Source: Dendrobates tinctorius (Eukaryota). From it: a stretch of DNA of 64,000 bases. The DNA is taken from assembly GCF_039654945.1 (NCBI RefSeq), contig NW_027361960.1:6696001-6760000 (forward strand), in the 5' to 3' direction. Position 1 is the stretch's first letter. Each line of letters opens with the position of its first letter. Below the pieces are notes generated by a model. It saw only the letters and a program-made list of their open reading frames with translations, searched no databases and was not told the origin of the DNA. Positions 25,044-36,420 of the stretch are shown here, in pieces. Made by a program: the position numbers and the translations under genes.

Positions 25044-27471
25044 ATGGATACGACAGAAACCCCCATAGACCAGCAGGATGAGGTGCAGGAGCACCCACAC
25101 CCGCAGGGACAGGCCTCAGTGAAGCCTCATACATGCTCCCAGCTGAAGAACTGAGGACGGACGAGCGGGCAGAGCCGCAAAAGTTCCTGCAGGCTGAAGA
25201 ATTAAGCTGCCTCCCTGCGTGATCTGGTACCTGCTTCTACTGCTTGGGTGAGAGATCTCCATGAAAGTACCCTGATGCAGTGTTCCCTTATGTTTTTTTC
25301 GCAGGGGAAGAAAAGCTCTGGTAAACAGAAACATAGGGAGTGTGCCCTCTGTAGTTGTCCCTTGCCTTATGCCCACCCTAAAAAGTTGTCAGCCGTGCGT
25401 GCGACAGACGGTAGGGTACAAAAAGGGAGCGATAGTCCATGGCTAGGCTTGCAGGCCCTTACACTCTTCCCCCATTTATACAGGTAGCAGAAGAACCTTC
25501 TGACTTGACCGCAAGCCTGAGGGAAATAATCAGGACAGAGGTGAAAGACTCCCTAAAGTCCCTATCACAAGGGGAATCTTCTAGGAGAAGAGAAGCTAGT
25601 TTTTTGGGTTCAGAGTCCTCGGCCGCCCCTAGGAAGGATGAAGATTCCTCAGAGCCCTCTGTCTCTTCTTCATCTTCTTCGGAGGAAGACTCTAGCCGTT
25701 TCTGCTTCCCCTTAGACCAAATGGACAGGCTAGTAAAAGCAGTAAGGTCCACAGTGGGGTAGCGGACACAAAACCGGAACTCTCAGTGCAGGATTTGATG
25801 TTCAGCAGCCTAGATCCAAGGAAGTGCAAGGCCTTCCCGCTAAATAACAAAGTCCAGTGTTATGAGCTCATTTTCTCCTTCACCTTTGATGTCCGATGAA
25901 CTCCCTCTTCTGGTGAAAGGAGGTAGTGAAATTGATTTGGATGGGAAAACCTGTCATCTGAACAGGTGGAGTGTGATTGAACATCCGGAATCTCTGAGTG
26001 GATATAAGGCTGCCGACGCCCTGCTGGGTTGCTGGTGATCCTCTCTGCTCTGAGCTCTGGCCTCCAGTTTAGTCCTGTCTACTAAAGCTAAGTTTTTGCT
26101 CTGCTATTGTTCCATGAGATTTTGTCTGGTTTACTTAGTGTTTGTGTTCAGCCAGCCCTGGTTGGGACTGGCTGAACTCCATTTTTGTCTCTGATCAGTT
26201 GATCTCTTTGCTCTGTTTTCAGAATATACCTGAGTGCTGATATAGTGATTTTGAAGTCTAGTGACTTCAGGGCCTTTTCTATCATACGTGTTGGACATTA
26301 TTTTTGGCAGGGTTTTTGCGTGATTGCAGACTGTTGCTTTTCTTTCCTGTCCTATCTAGTTAGTGAGGGCCCCATCGTTTGCTCAGCCTGTCTTTCTGTC
26401 TGTGTTTGTGTTTTCATTTGTTTTCACCGTCAATACATGTTGGGGGCTGTCTGTTGCTTTGGGGTCTGCTCTGGGGAAGTTTAGATTTCCCTTTTCTTTC
26501 TTTAGGTTTATTTAGTTCTCCGGCTGTGAACGAGGTGTCTAGGACCACCGTAGGAACACCCCACAGCTACTGTTAGTTGTTGTGAATAGGATCAGGGGTC
26601 TGCAATCCGCTAGCTACCAACCTCTCCGGTTTTCTGGACTTAGCTTGTATTTTTATTTTTTCCTCCTCCGGTGACTCATTCATAACAGTCCAGAGCCTGA
26701 TAAACAGAGTGGAAGAAGCCTGAAAAAAGGGGCACCTTACCACCGGCCTTCAAGCGGCGATACCCCTTCGATGACCCGTTGGTCAGCAGATGGGACAAGG
26801 CCCCTAAGCTTGACGCAGCAGTAGCCAAAGCCTCCAAAAAATCTTCGGTACCTTTTGATGACATGGCCTCCTTAAAAGATCCGTTGGACAAAAAAGTGGA
26901 TTCATTTGTAAAAGGAACATGGGAGATGTCAGCTGGCGCTCTAAGACCAGAAGTAGCTGCTACTTGCACAGCCAGATCCATGATGGTCTGGCTGGACCAG
27001 CTTGATTCTCAGCTGAAAGACGGAGCCTTGAGAGCATCCATCCGGAAGAACCTGCCGATGATTCAAAATGCTGCTGCCTTTTTTGCCGATGTTTCGGCGG
27101 ATTCGGCAAGGATGGCAGCCAGGACCGCAGGATTATCGAATGCAGCTCGAAGGGCTCTCTGGTTGAAGTGTTGGCCGGGGGACATCCAGGCCCGATCCCG
27201 ACTCTGTTCCATTCCGTGTGAGGGAGAATATCTATTCGGTCCAGTGCTGGACGAACTTTTAGAAAAAGCCAGGGATGATAAAAAGAAATTCCCCAGTCTG
27301 CCGAACCCTTCTTATAGACGTCCCTTCACCAGTAAAGGATATTTCCGCAGACGGTCATCAAGAGATCAAGGCAGATGGGATGAAAAAAGAAGAAAAGGTA
27401 CAGGATTTATGTTTGGAGGAGGGGAGCGCCTGGAAGGACCAGGGCGTGAAGCTAAAAAGCCACCCCAATGA
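25044..27471 (+). pseudogene. DIRS ORF1 (gag-like / LAP2alpha-related), disrupted by a solo LTR and stops
   Basis: CxxC finger at 25340-25400. WDKAPKLDAAVAKASKK...LKDPLDKKVD...SNAARRALWLKCW...CEGEYLFGPVLDELL (26779-27471) is typical of vertebrate DIRS ORF1. Confidence 0.8.
25858..26687 (+). mobile_element. Solo LTR inserted in DIRS ORF1
   Basis: TGTTATGA...TCATAACA (perfect 8-bp inverted termini). Perfect 6-bp TSD GTCCAG (25852-57 / 26688-93). TATA-like GATATAAG at ~26001. Confidence 0.9.
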
Positions 27472-27887
27472 CTAGCTGCTCCGGTAGGAGGTAGGCTAGC
27501 TGCCTTCTACCCGGCCTGGTCGCTAAGTTCCTGTAGCAACTGGATCCTGGGGTTGATAGCCTCGGGACTATGGCTAGAATTTTCCTGTGCCCCCCAAAAC
27601 AGATTTAAGTTTACCCCACTCAGATCTTCCCCATCAGAACAGGCTGCCCTGGAAGCCGAGATTCATGATCTACGCCGCAAAAAAGTCCTGACAGAGGTGC
27701 CGGAGGCGGAAAGGGGAAGAGGTTTCTACTCCCCTCTGTTCCTAGTCCATAAGCCAAACGGCTCCTTCAGGACTATAATTAATCGCCCTCAATGAGTTTT
27801 TGGTTATACGCCCGTTCAAAATGGAAACAATCAATTCCACAATAAAATTGCTGTTTGAAAATTGCTTTATGGTGGTGTTAGATTTAA

Positions 27888-28698
27888 AGGGAACCTGTCA
27901 CCCCCCGGGGTGTTTTTCAGTTAAAGAGCCACCTTCAGCAGCACTAAGGCTGCATTCTGTGAAGGTGGCTCTTCTTTTTCTGACCCCCAGTAATGCCAAA
28001 ATATTGACTTTTATAATTAGCTCCTCATACCTGTAATGCGTCCCACAGGTATGTTGTGTCCCCCTCTATCAGCCGCATTCCATCTGTTAATCATGCCTGT
28101 CTGAGGCCTTGGCGCTGCCCATGATCTGTCCATCATGATGCCCCGTGCGTCGCTGCATCCTCTTAATTTGAATCCCTGCGCCTGCGCTGTAACAAGTGTT
28201 CTCGGGCTTGCGCAGTGCGCGCGGCCCGAGAACTGACATCAGGCTATTGCGCATTGCGGAGGCCCCAGCCCCGCAGTGTGAATACATCATAACACACTGA
28301 GGGGCGGGATCTGGGGCCTTCACAATGCGCAGGCGCAATAGCCTGATGTCGGTTCTCGGGAAGCGCACACTGCACATGCCGAGAACACTTGTTACAGCAC
28401 AGGTGCCGGGATTCATTTCAAGAGGAGGCAGCGACGCACAGAGGCATCATGATGGACAGATCGTGGGCGGCGCTGAGGCCTCGGACAGGCATGATTGACG
28501 GATGGTAGGCGGCTGATACTGGGGGACACAACATACCTGTGGGACACATTACAGGTATGAGGAGCTAATTATAAAAGTCAATATTTTGGCATTACTGGGG
28601 GTCAGAAAAGGAAGAGCCACCTTCACAGAATGCAGCCTTAGTGCTGCTGAAGGTGGCTCTTTAACTGAAAAACGCCCTGGGGGGGTGACAGGTTCCCT
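27888..28698. mobile_element. T2/Kolobok-type MITE (long palindrome) inserted in the DIRS RT
   Basis: TTAA TSD (27884-87 / 28699-702); TIR AGGGAACCTGTCACCCCCC. Removal restores GAT TTA AAA GAC GCC TAC (DLKDAY). Confidence 0.92.
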
Positions 28699-30133
28699 TT
28701 AAAAGACGCCTACTTCCAAATACCCATTCATTCAGCTCATCAGCGTTTCCTCAGAGTGGCGGTTCAGTTAGATGGGTCAGTTCAACATTTCCAATATGTG
28801 GCCCTCCCCTTTGGTATTGCAGTCGCTTCCCGGGTATTTACTAAAGTTATAGCCGAGGTTATGGCCCATCTGCGTGAATCAGACATTCTGGTGGTCCCTT
28901 ACCTGGATTACTTCCTTATTATAGGCAAAACAGCTGAACTTTGTTTGGAGCAATTACAAAGAGCAATGTCTGCTCTAGAGCAGTTAGGATGGCTAGTAAA
29001 CATCAAAAAAATCTTGTTTGCAGCCAATGAAAATCCAGCAATTCTTAGACCTAATCTTGGATTCCAAGAATCAGGAATGCCGTCTACCTCCTGAAAAGTT
29101 AGTTCGCCTATGCTATCAGGTCCTGAACGCTTCCAATAACCCCACCATGTCCCTCAGGAAAGCCATGTCTCTTTTGGGCTCTCTCTCGTCCTGTATCCCC
29201 GCGGTCCGGTGGGCCCAGTTTCATACAAGGAAACTACAGGGTGAGGTTTTATTACATCAAAGAGTCCTTGGGGGTTACCTGGAGGGCCAGCTAACTTTAT
29301 CCCGTAACACTAGGGAGTCCCTAAAGTGGTGGCTAGAAAGGAATAATTTATCCAGAAGGGTGCCCTGGGAGTATAACATAACCCGCATAGTCACCACAGA
29401 TGCAAGCCCTTCCGGTTGGGGGGCTCATATGGGTGAGCTTTTGGTCCAGTGCCTATGGGATCATCATCAGTTAGAAATGTCCTCTAACCTGAAAGAATTG
29501 ACAGCAGTGGAGCAGGCAGCTAAAAAGCTCCTTTTGTATCTGCAGGGTCATCCCGTACGAGTGTTCTCTCACAATCTGGTCACCGTGGCTTATATCAGTC
29601 ACCAAGGCGGGACTCGTTCCAGACCCCTGATGAATGTAGCAGAGCGTTTGTTCCGACTAGCAGAGCAGCATTTTCTATCTTTAACAGCTCTGCATATAAA
29701 AGGAGGAGAAAACACCACGGCAGATTTCTTAAGCCGCAATCTGCTAAAACAAGGGGAATGGTCCCTAAAAACCTCCATCTTCGACCTGATTGTACAAAAA
29801 TGGGGTCAACCAGAGGTGGATCTCTTCACCACCAGGGAGAACAGGAAAGTGAGGTAATTCTGCTCACTGAATTCCAGAGAGGACCCTCTGGCGGTAGACG
29901 CTTTTCTGATAAAGTGGGACTTCAGGCTAGCATACGCCTTCCCTCCCATGTCTCTACTACCCCTGGTGATGAGGAAAATCAGAAAAGACAGGGTGAGGAT
30001 TATAGTCATTGCTCCATTTTGGCCCAGGAGGGCGTGGTTCTCATGCCTCAGGACCATGTCTGTGTCCGACCCGTGGGTCCTTCCGGACATCCCGGATCTC
30101 CTATCCCAGGGCCCAGTTTGCCATCCTCAGGTG

Positions 30134-30932
30134 TGTAACGTCGGCGACTATGCCCGCCGCCGTTCCACCAGCATCGGGCCCCGCCGCTGCGTCCAATTAC
30201 TCGGCCGCATCCTGTCGCACTGCTTCCTGCTCCTACCTCCTCCTTTCTCCCGGTCAGCTGCGGCCCCACGCATGTGCCTTAGGCCGCGGGCGCGTGCCCT
30301 ACAGATTTCTTAACCCTGCGGTGGGCGGCTTCTTGGTCACGGCCAGCCAATCACCTGCTGGCAGGGGATATATCAGGCGTCTCCCATAATGGGAGGACGC
30401 CTGGTTATCGTGTGCTTTACCCTGCGCTAATCTGGCCGCCTATAGCTAGTCTATAGTCTTTTCCTCAGTCTCGTGATTCCTCCTGTCCCTGCCTTCGTTG
30501 TCTCTGCCATTGTGTTCTATTACCTGCCTGTCATCCGATCTGCCTGGTCCCTGTTCCTCAGCCTATGTCCCCTCTGGTCTCTGTCTCAGTTCCGTCCTCC
30601 AGTGCCTGCCCCGTTCCCTGTCCAGTTCTCCTGCCTGCTGTCTGTCGTCATAGTTGTTCCTGGTGCTAAACCGCTCCGTGCCTCTCTCCGCGCTTTGTGC
30701 ACAGAGTCCTGTACCTTGGTCCCTGTCTGGTATCCCGGTCCTGCCTGTAGCCCCTCCGGTCCTTCGAGCCGCCCCTCTTGGTTCCAGCTGTCGCGGTGTC
30801 TGACCCCCGCTGGCCTGCCCCTAACGGTCCCTGTATAGGGGTCGGTTCCACCTGGTGTGCTCGCTCCGGGGGCCTCAGTTCCGCTACCAAGAGGGTCCAC
30901 TCTCGGACGCTGCCAATCCCTGAAGCGTCACA
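30134..30932. mobile_element. Solo LTR (second family) inserted in DIRS
   Basis: TGTAACG...CGTCACA termini; perfect 5-bp TSD AGGTG (30129-33 / 30933-37). Removal restores HPQV-AGLHLTAW. Confidence 0.85.
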
Positions 30933-31987
30933 AGGTGGCTGGCCTACATCTGACGGCGTGGATTTTGAACGGTCACTGCTATAAGATAAAGGTTTCTCCC
31001 CAGACTTGGTTAACACCCTACTTAAAAGTAGAAAAATCATTGCAACCAAAATTTACGTTAGAATCTGGAAAAGATTCCTTAAAAACTCAGGGGTAGTTAC
31101 TGGACAATCGGCACCAATAGTTCAAATCTTAGAATTCCTACAGAAAGGTCTGGACATGGGGCTTTCCACCAGTACCCTTAAAGTACAAGTATCAGCCTTG
31201 GGAGCCCTTTTTAGCTCCAACATTGCTGGTAATTATTGGGTCAGTAGGTTGATTAAGGCAGCAAGTAGATCCAGACCAGTAGTAAAGGATAGGTTCATGC
31301 CGAGGGACTTGAATCTAGTCCTCACGGCTATGACAGAGGCCCCATTTGATCTCATCAGCCTCCATAAAAAACCTATCCCTCAAAGTAGCCTTCCTGGTAG
31401 CACTGACGTCAGCTCGTAGAGTAAGTGACATCTAGGAGTTATCTAGGATTCCACCTTATATACAATTCAGAGACGATAGGGTAATACTTAGGCCCGATCT
31501 AGCATACTTACCTAAGGTAGTTTCTAGTTTCCATAGGACGCAGGAAATAGTCCTTCCATCCTTCCTCCCTAATCCAGTTAATGTGAAGGAAAAGAAACTA
31601 CACACCCTAGATGTTAGGAGATGTCTCCTAGAATACCTGGCAGTTACTGATCCCTGGAAAAAAGATAATGCCTTGTTTGTCTCCCATCAAGGCGCTAGAA
31701 AGGGTCTTAGAGCATCAAAAAACACACTAGCCATGTGGATTAGGGAGGCTATTTCACTAGCATACACCTCAAAAGGCAGATCGGCACCTGGGAAGCTGGG
31801 GGCGCATTCCACCAGAGCCATGGCGACCTCGTGGGCCGAAAGATTGGAAGTCTGCATTGACCAAATATGTAAGGTGGCTACTTGGTCCTCTCCAAGCACC
31901 TTTTATAGTCATTATAGGCTAGACCTGGGTGCTTCCTCAGACCTCTCCTTTGGGGTAAGGGTGCTGCAGGCTGTAGTCCCTCCCTAA
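30933..31987 (+). pseudogene. DIRS tyrosine recombinase ORF, disrupted
   Basis: ILEFLQKGLDMGLSTSTLKVQVSAL; TSARRVSD (catalytic R); AHSTRAMATSWA (HxxR); ATWSSPSTFYSHYRLD (catalytic Y). Stops and frameshifts present. Confidence 0.92.
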
Positions 31988-32491
31988 GTAGTTATTACTC
32001 TCTGTAATTCTCTCAGGTGGTGCTGTCATGGACGATCGAATAAAGTCTAGTTACTTACCGGTTAACAGTATTTTTTGGAGTCCATGACAGCACCCTTAGA
32101 TTCCCGTCCCTTTTTCTTAAGTTTGGGTGTGCACTTCTTCCTCTTATGTGTCCTCTGGTGATAAATAGTTAAGTAGTAACAGTATTGTACATAAATCATG
32201 CCAGTAACCTTGGAGGTCCTCTTGTGCTCTGTAATCCAACTGATGCGTGGAAGAGGTGCCGCCCTTTTGTATCTGTAGGTTTCCTGTTCCTAAAGGGCGG
32301 ATCCCCTCTCTCAAGTGGTGCTGTCATGGACTCAGAAAACTACCGTTAACCGGTAAGTAACTAGACTATTCCTGGAGAAAAACCTGTTAGAGGCTGCAAG
32401 AGACTTGAGTTTAGATCAAAGGCATAATCGTGTTTGAAAGGTCCAGTCAGAGTCTAGACCTGTATCCCATTGAGAATCTGTGGCAGTCTCA

Positions 32492-32830
32492 GGCTATGTG
32501 CACACGTGCGGAATTTTCTGTGGCACTTCCACAACTCCCTGCTGCTGGAAATTCGCATGCGGAATTCCCGCGAAAAATTAGCATATTGCAAGCATAATTA
32601 GCTTGTAGAATGCTAGCATTTTCCAAGCGATCTGTAGCATTGCTGGGAAAACTGATTGACGGGTTGGTCACACTTGTCAAGCATAGTGCTTGACAAGTAT
32701 GACCAACTTTTTACTATTGATGCTGCCGATGCAGCATCGGTAATAAAAGATAGGATGTAAAAAAAATAATAAAAAAAATAAAAATTGTTATTCTCACCTT
32801 CCGACGGCCCCCGATGTCCTTCCCGCCTCT
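32492..32830. mobile_element. Truncated Harbinger-type MITE arm
   Basis: Starts GGCTATGTGCACACGT like the 19420 element; no matching right end found. Confidence 0.55.
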
Positions 32831-32929
32831 CTCATCGCTCCAGGCATATTCCAGTCCCAGTAATGCTAAAAGTAATGTTAAAAAGTCGTCTTATACGCTG
32901 GAAAATACGGTAATGTTTTAATTCGGGAA

Positions 32930-33190
32930 CAGTGCAGAAACTAATATTTTGTGGAATAACCATGATATTTAAAAACATCTTTCATGCGTCTTGGCATGCT
33001 TGCCACCAGTCTTTCACACTGCTTCTGGCGCAAAAATGTAAGCAGTTCTTTGTTTGATGGCTTGTGACTATCCATCATCCTCTTGATTACATTCCAGAGG
33101 TTTTCAATGGGGTTCAGGTCTGGAGAATGGGCTGCCCATGACAGGGATTTGATGTGATAGTCTCTCAGTTTTTTCCAGAGCTGTACATGT
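32930..33190 (-). mobile_element. Tc1 transposase C-terminal fragment
   Basis: WAAHSPDLNPIENLWNVIKR...LVASMPRRM in ORF 32941-33255. Confidence 0.85.
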
Positions 33191-34311
33191 GAATGAGAGG
33201 GGCAAAAAGATGCCTTACAAATATTAATATATTGTTCCCTAATAATGTGGATCACAATTATATCATATACTCACAATACTAAATCCGTGCAAAACAGATA
33301 CACCACATATATATCAAATTTGCCAAGACAAGGGACATCAATAAAGTGCATATGCATGTGCCAATGAACATAATATTCCCCCAGAATTTACAGTTTATGC
33401 TAATGACACTGTGTCTAAATCATATGTAAACATGTATCAAATCACACTAAATAAATCTTACCCATAGTAAAATGTGAGTGCAGAGACCCAGGGGTCAGCC
33501 CCAACTCATGTTTCGGGTTAGCTTTTTCACATGGGTTGTTATTATTGTTTCACCTTCTATTGATCAGTGTTTCATGTTGTAAAGAATTTTGTAAAAAAAT
33601 AATAACATTATGTCTATTGATTATATTTATGAAGTCAGCACTCCATTTGTTAATCTAAATATCCTTAAGCAGGAGTTTCTTCAAAATAATTCTCCAATAA
33701 ATACTGATAGGAAACTATATTTGCATAATGAATTTGCTTCTAACCTATTTTATTATTATTGTTCCTGTGAACCTTTTCATATGGTTTTCTAATTGTTTTA
33801 AAACTATAAATCTGAAAATTGATGTATATTTACATTCAGCCCCCAAGTCAATACATTGTAGGACCACCTTTCACTGCAATTCATTTGGGGTATGTCTCAA
33901 CCATCTTTGCACATCTAGAGGCTGAAATTTTTGCCCATTCTTCTTTGTAAGCTACCTTTAGTTCAGTGAAATTGGATGGAGAGCATGTGAACAGCAATTT
34001 TGAAGTCTTGCCACAGATCAATAAGTTTAGGTCTGGACATTGACTGGGCATTTCAAACACAATATGCTTTGATCTAAACCATTTGTTGTTGCTCTGGCAG
34101 TATATTTATGGTTGTTATCCTGCTGGAAGGTGAATCTATATCTTAGTCTTTTCCAGCCTTTAACGGGTCTTTGTCCAGGAATACCCTGTATTTAGCACCA
34201 TCCAAAAAGAAAAGAATCTCCACAGCATGATGCCATCACCATGTTTGACTGCGGAAATGGTGTTTTCAATGTGATGTGCAGCATTAGTTTTCTGCATTTT
34301 GCATTTTTTAA

Positions 34312-34986
34312 AGGGAATCGGTCACAACATTTGACTTATCTAAATTATTACTATGGGCATATAGGTTATATAGACTGCTGAGGAAAGTGATGCCTGTATG
34401 TCTCAGGCCAAACGCATTGTAGCTGATAAATCATCTGTTACTACTTTTATATAAATTACCTCTTTAAAGCAAAGGGGCGAATGCTAGGTGGAAGATAACT
34501 CTGCTTCCAGAGCTTATTTTACATGAAGAGGGAGTTAACTGTGTGATGTGTAATGAACGCTCTCTGCTCTCCTGATCTCACTGCAGAGCAGTGTGAGATT
34601 ATAACTTACTCATCTGCTGGTTCCTCTCAGCTTCCAGCTCACAGGCAGACAGGGTTGTAATATTGTTGCAATACAGCATAGCTCAAGAGATGCAGAAAAT
34701 TTGTTTGCAAGAAGACAAATTTCAGTTCTCCTGTTGTGTGTAAGTTACCTGTCTCACACTGGTAACTTCCCTTTTTACTTAAAAGAAGCTCTGGAGGCAC
34801 AGCTATCTTCCACACAACATCCTTCCCATAGTCTGGAAGAGAACATTTACATAAAGTGATAAAAGATTATTTCGCAACAAAAAGGCATCTGATATGAGGC
34901 AAACAGGTAAGACTTTCTTCAGCAGTCTATAACTTGTATGCCAATATTAATAGTTAAGATAGGTCAAATGTGGTGACAGATTCCCT
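34312..34986. mobile_element. T2/Kolobok-type MITE
   Basis: TTAA TSD; AGGGAATC(G)GTCAC / GTGACAGATTCCCT termini; diverged long inverted arms. Confidence 0.85.
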
Positions 34987-35391
34987 TTAACATAAAAAGG
35001 TCTACTTCTCATCTGACAAGAATACCTTCTTCCACATTCAAGATGTGTCCCCTACTTGGCTTTTTGTAAAATAGATTTTTATGGCTTGCTTTCTTCTTGA
35101 CACTCCTCCCATAAAGGCCAGATTTGTGGAATATATGATTAATAGTTGTCCTGTGGACAGATTGTCCTACCTGAGATGTGGATCTCTGCAGCTCCCCCAG
35201 AGTGACCATGGGCCTCTTTGCTGTTACTATAATTAGTGCTCTCATTGCTTGGGATGCCAGTTTATATGGACAACCATGTCTTGGTAACTTTGCAGTTGTG
35301 CCATACGCCTTTAATTTTTTGGATGATGGGTTGAACAGTGCTCCACGTTCAGAGTTTGGGCTATTTTTTTTAATAACCTAATCCTGCTTTA

Positions 35392-35900
35392 GGGCCCCGT
35401 CACACATAGCGACTCACTAGCGATCCCGACAGTGATATCAACTTGTCAGGATCGCTGGTTTGTCGCTACATGATCGCTGGGGAGCTGTCAAACAGGCAGC
35501 TTCAGCAGCGATCAGCACCAGCGACGCCGAGCACACGGCGTCGCTGTGTACGTTAGTTACCAGCACGCTGATGCAGGGAGCTGGTAACTAAGGTACACAT
35601 CGGGTTTCTAAGCACCACGCGCTGCTTAGAAACCTGACGTTTACCTTGGTTACCAGAATGCTGATCGGTGGTCGTTGCTCTCCCGCCTGCCACACACAGC
35701 GATGCCTGCTGGCCAGCGGGAGACCAACGACCCAAAAAAATGTCCTGACCTTTCCTGAACGATCCGCAATACCCGGCAGGGGGGCCGGCCGCTGATAGCT
35801 GTAACACACAGCGATCTCGCTGGTGAGATCGCTGTTGCGTCACAAAACTTGTGACTCAGCAGCGATCTTGCTAGCGAGATCGCTATGTGTGACGGGGGCT
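35392..35900. mobile_element. Harbinger-type MITE
   Basis: TTA TSD; GGGCCCCGTCACACATAGCGA / TCGCTATGTGTGACGGGGGCT. Confidence 0.85.
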
Positions 35901-36034
35901 TTACTCTCCTCCACAATTATATCTCTAACCTCTCTGGTGTATTTCTTGGTGTTAATCATGGTGTCGGAGCCGTAATGTTCTTTGAGGCCTTCACAGAACA
36001 GCTTTAGTTATTCTGATAATAAATTACACATTTT

Positions 36035-36335
36035 AAAATGATATTCAAAAGTTAGAGTACGTTCAAAGGCGGGCAACTAGTTTATTACAAGGGATGGAAG
36101 GCCCCTCATTGGGTGAGAGGTTAGAAAAGTTTCGTTTGTTTAGCTTAGAAAAAGACCCCTCAGAAAAGATTTCATTTACCGTATATGTATAAATATGTGT
36201 GTTGTCAGTGCCTGAGGACTGGCACATTAGTCCTTCCAAACACTATCCTTAGGACCAGGGGACACTCATTACGGGTGGAAGAAAGGCAATTCCGGCAGCT
36301 AAATAGGAAAGGGTTCTTTATAGTTAGGGCAGAGA
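36035..36335 (+). mobile_element. CR1 LINE 3' fragment
   Basis: RTRGHSLRVEERQF...RKGFFIVRA, homologous to the CR1 at 20278-20544. Confidence 0.75.
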
Positions 36336-36420
36336 GACACTGTCCAATGCAACATGAAAAAATTAGGGAAGGGTACTCTTTAAGGAAATAAAATATAGTA
36401 AATATTTTTTTTTCTCCTAG

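Larger units (their letters stand above)
27480..30975 (+). pseudogene. DIRS RT / RNase H / methyltransferase-like ORF, disrupted
   Basis: GFYSPLFLVHKPNGSFRTIIN; LDLK|DAYF (split by a MITE); FQYVALPFG; YLDY (mutated YxDD, ~28900); RNase H TTDASPSGWGAH...NLKELTAV...ADFLSR; MT-like VDLF...YAFPP...APFWPRRAWF. Confidence 0.9.
24262..32367 (+). mobile_element. DIRS1-type tyrosine-recombinase retrotransposon, structurally full length and inactivated
   Basis: Inverted terminal repeats 24262-24368 / ~32237-32367. Internal complementary region 32010-32094 joins the complements of both ends. No TSD. Carries gag-like, RT-RNaseH-MT and YR ORFs. Confidence 0.95.
33620..36030 (-). mobile_element. Degenerate Tc1 element carrying two nested MITEs
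   Basis: HTH-region relic RALI...KRPMVTLGELQRSTSQVGQSVHRTTI...KSGLYGR (35009-35245); KHG(G)GIMLW and SPDLN relics at 34020-34250. Boundaries approximate. Confidence 0.75.

Noticed and set aside
24277-25134. Cluster of overlapping GC-rich ORFs / possible host CpG-island promoter
   Set aside because: Lies inside the DIRS leader; GC richness explains the open frames; no recognisable domain.
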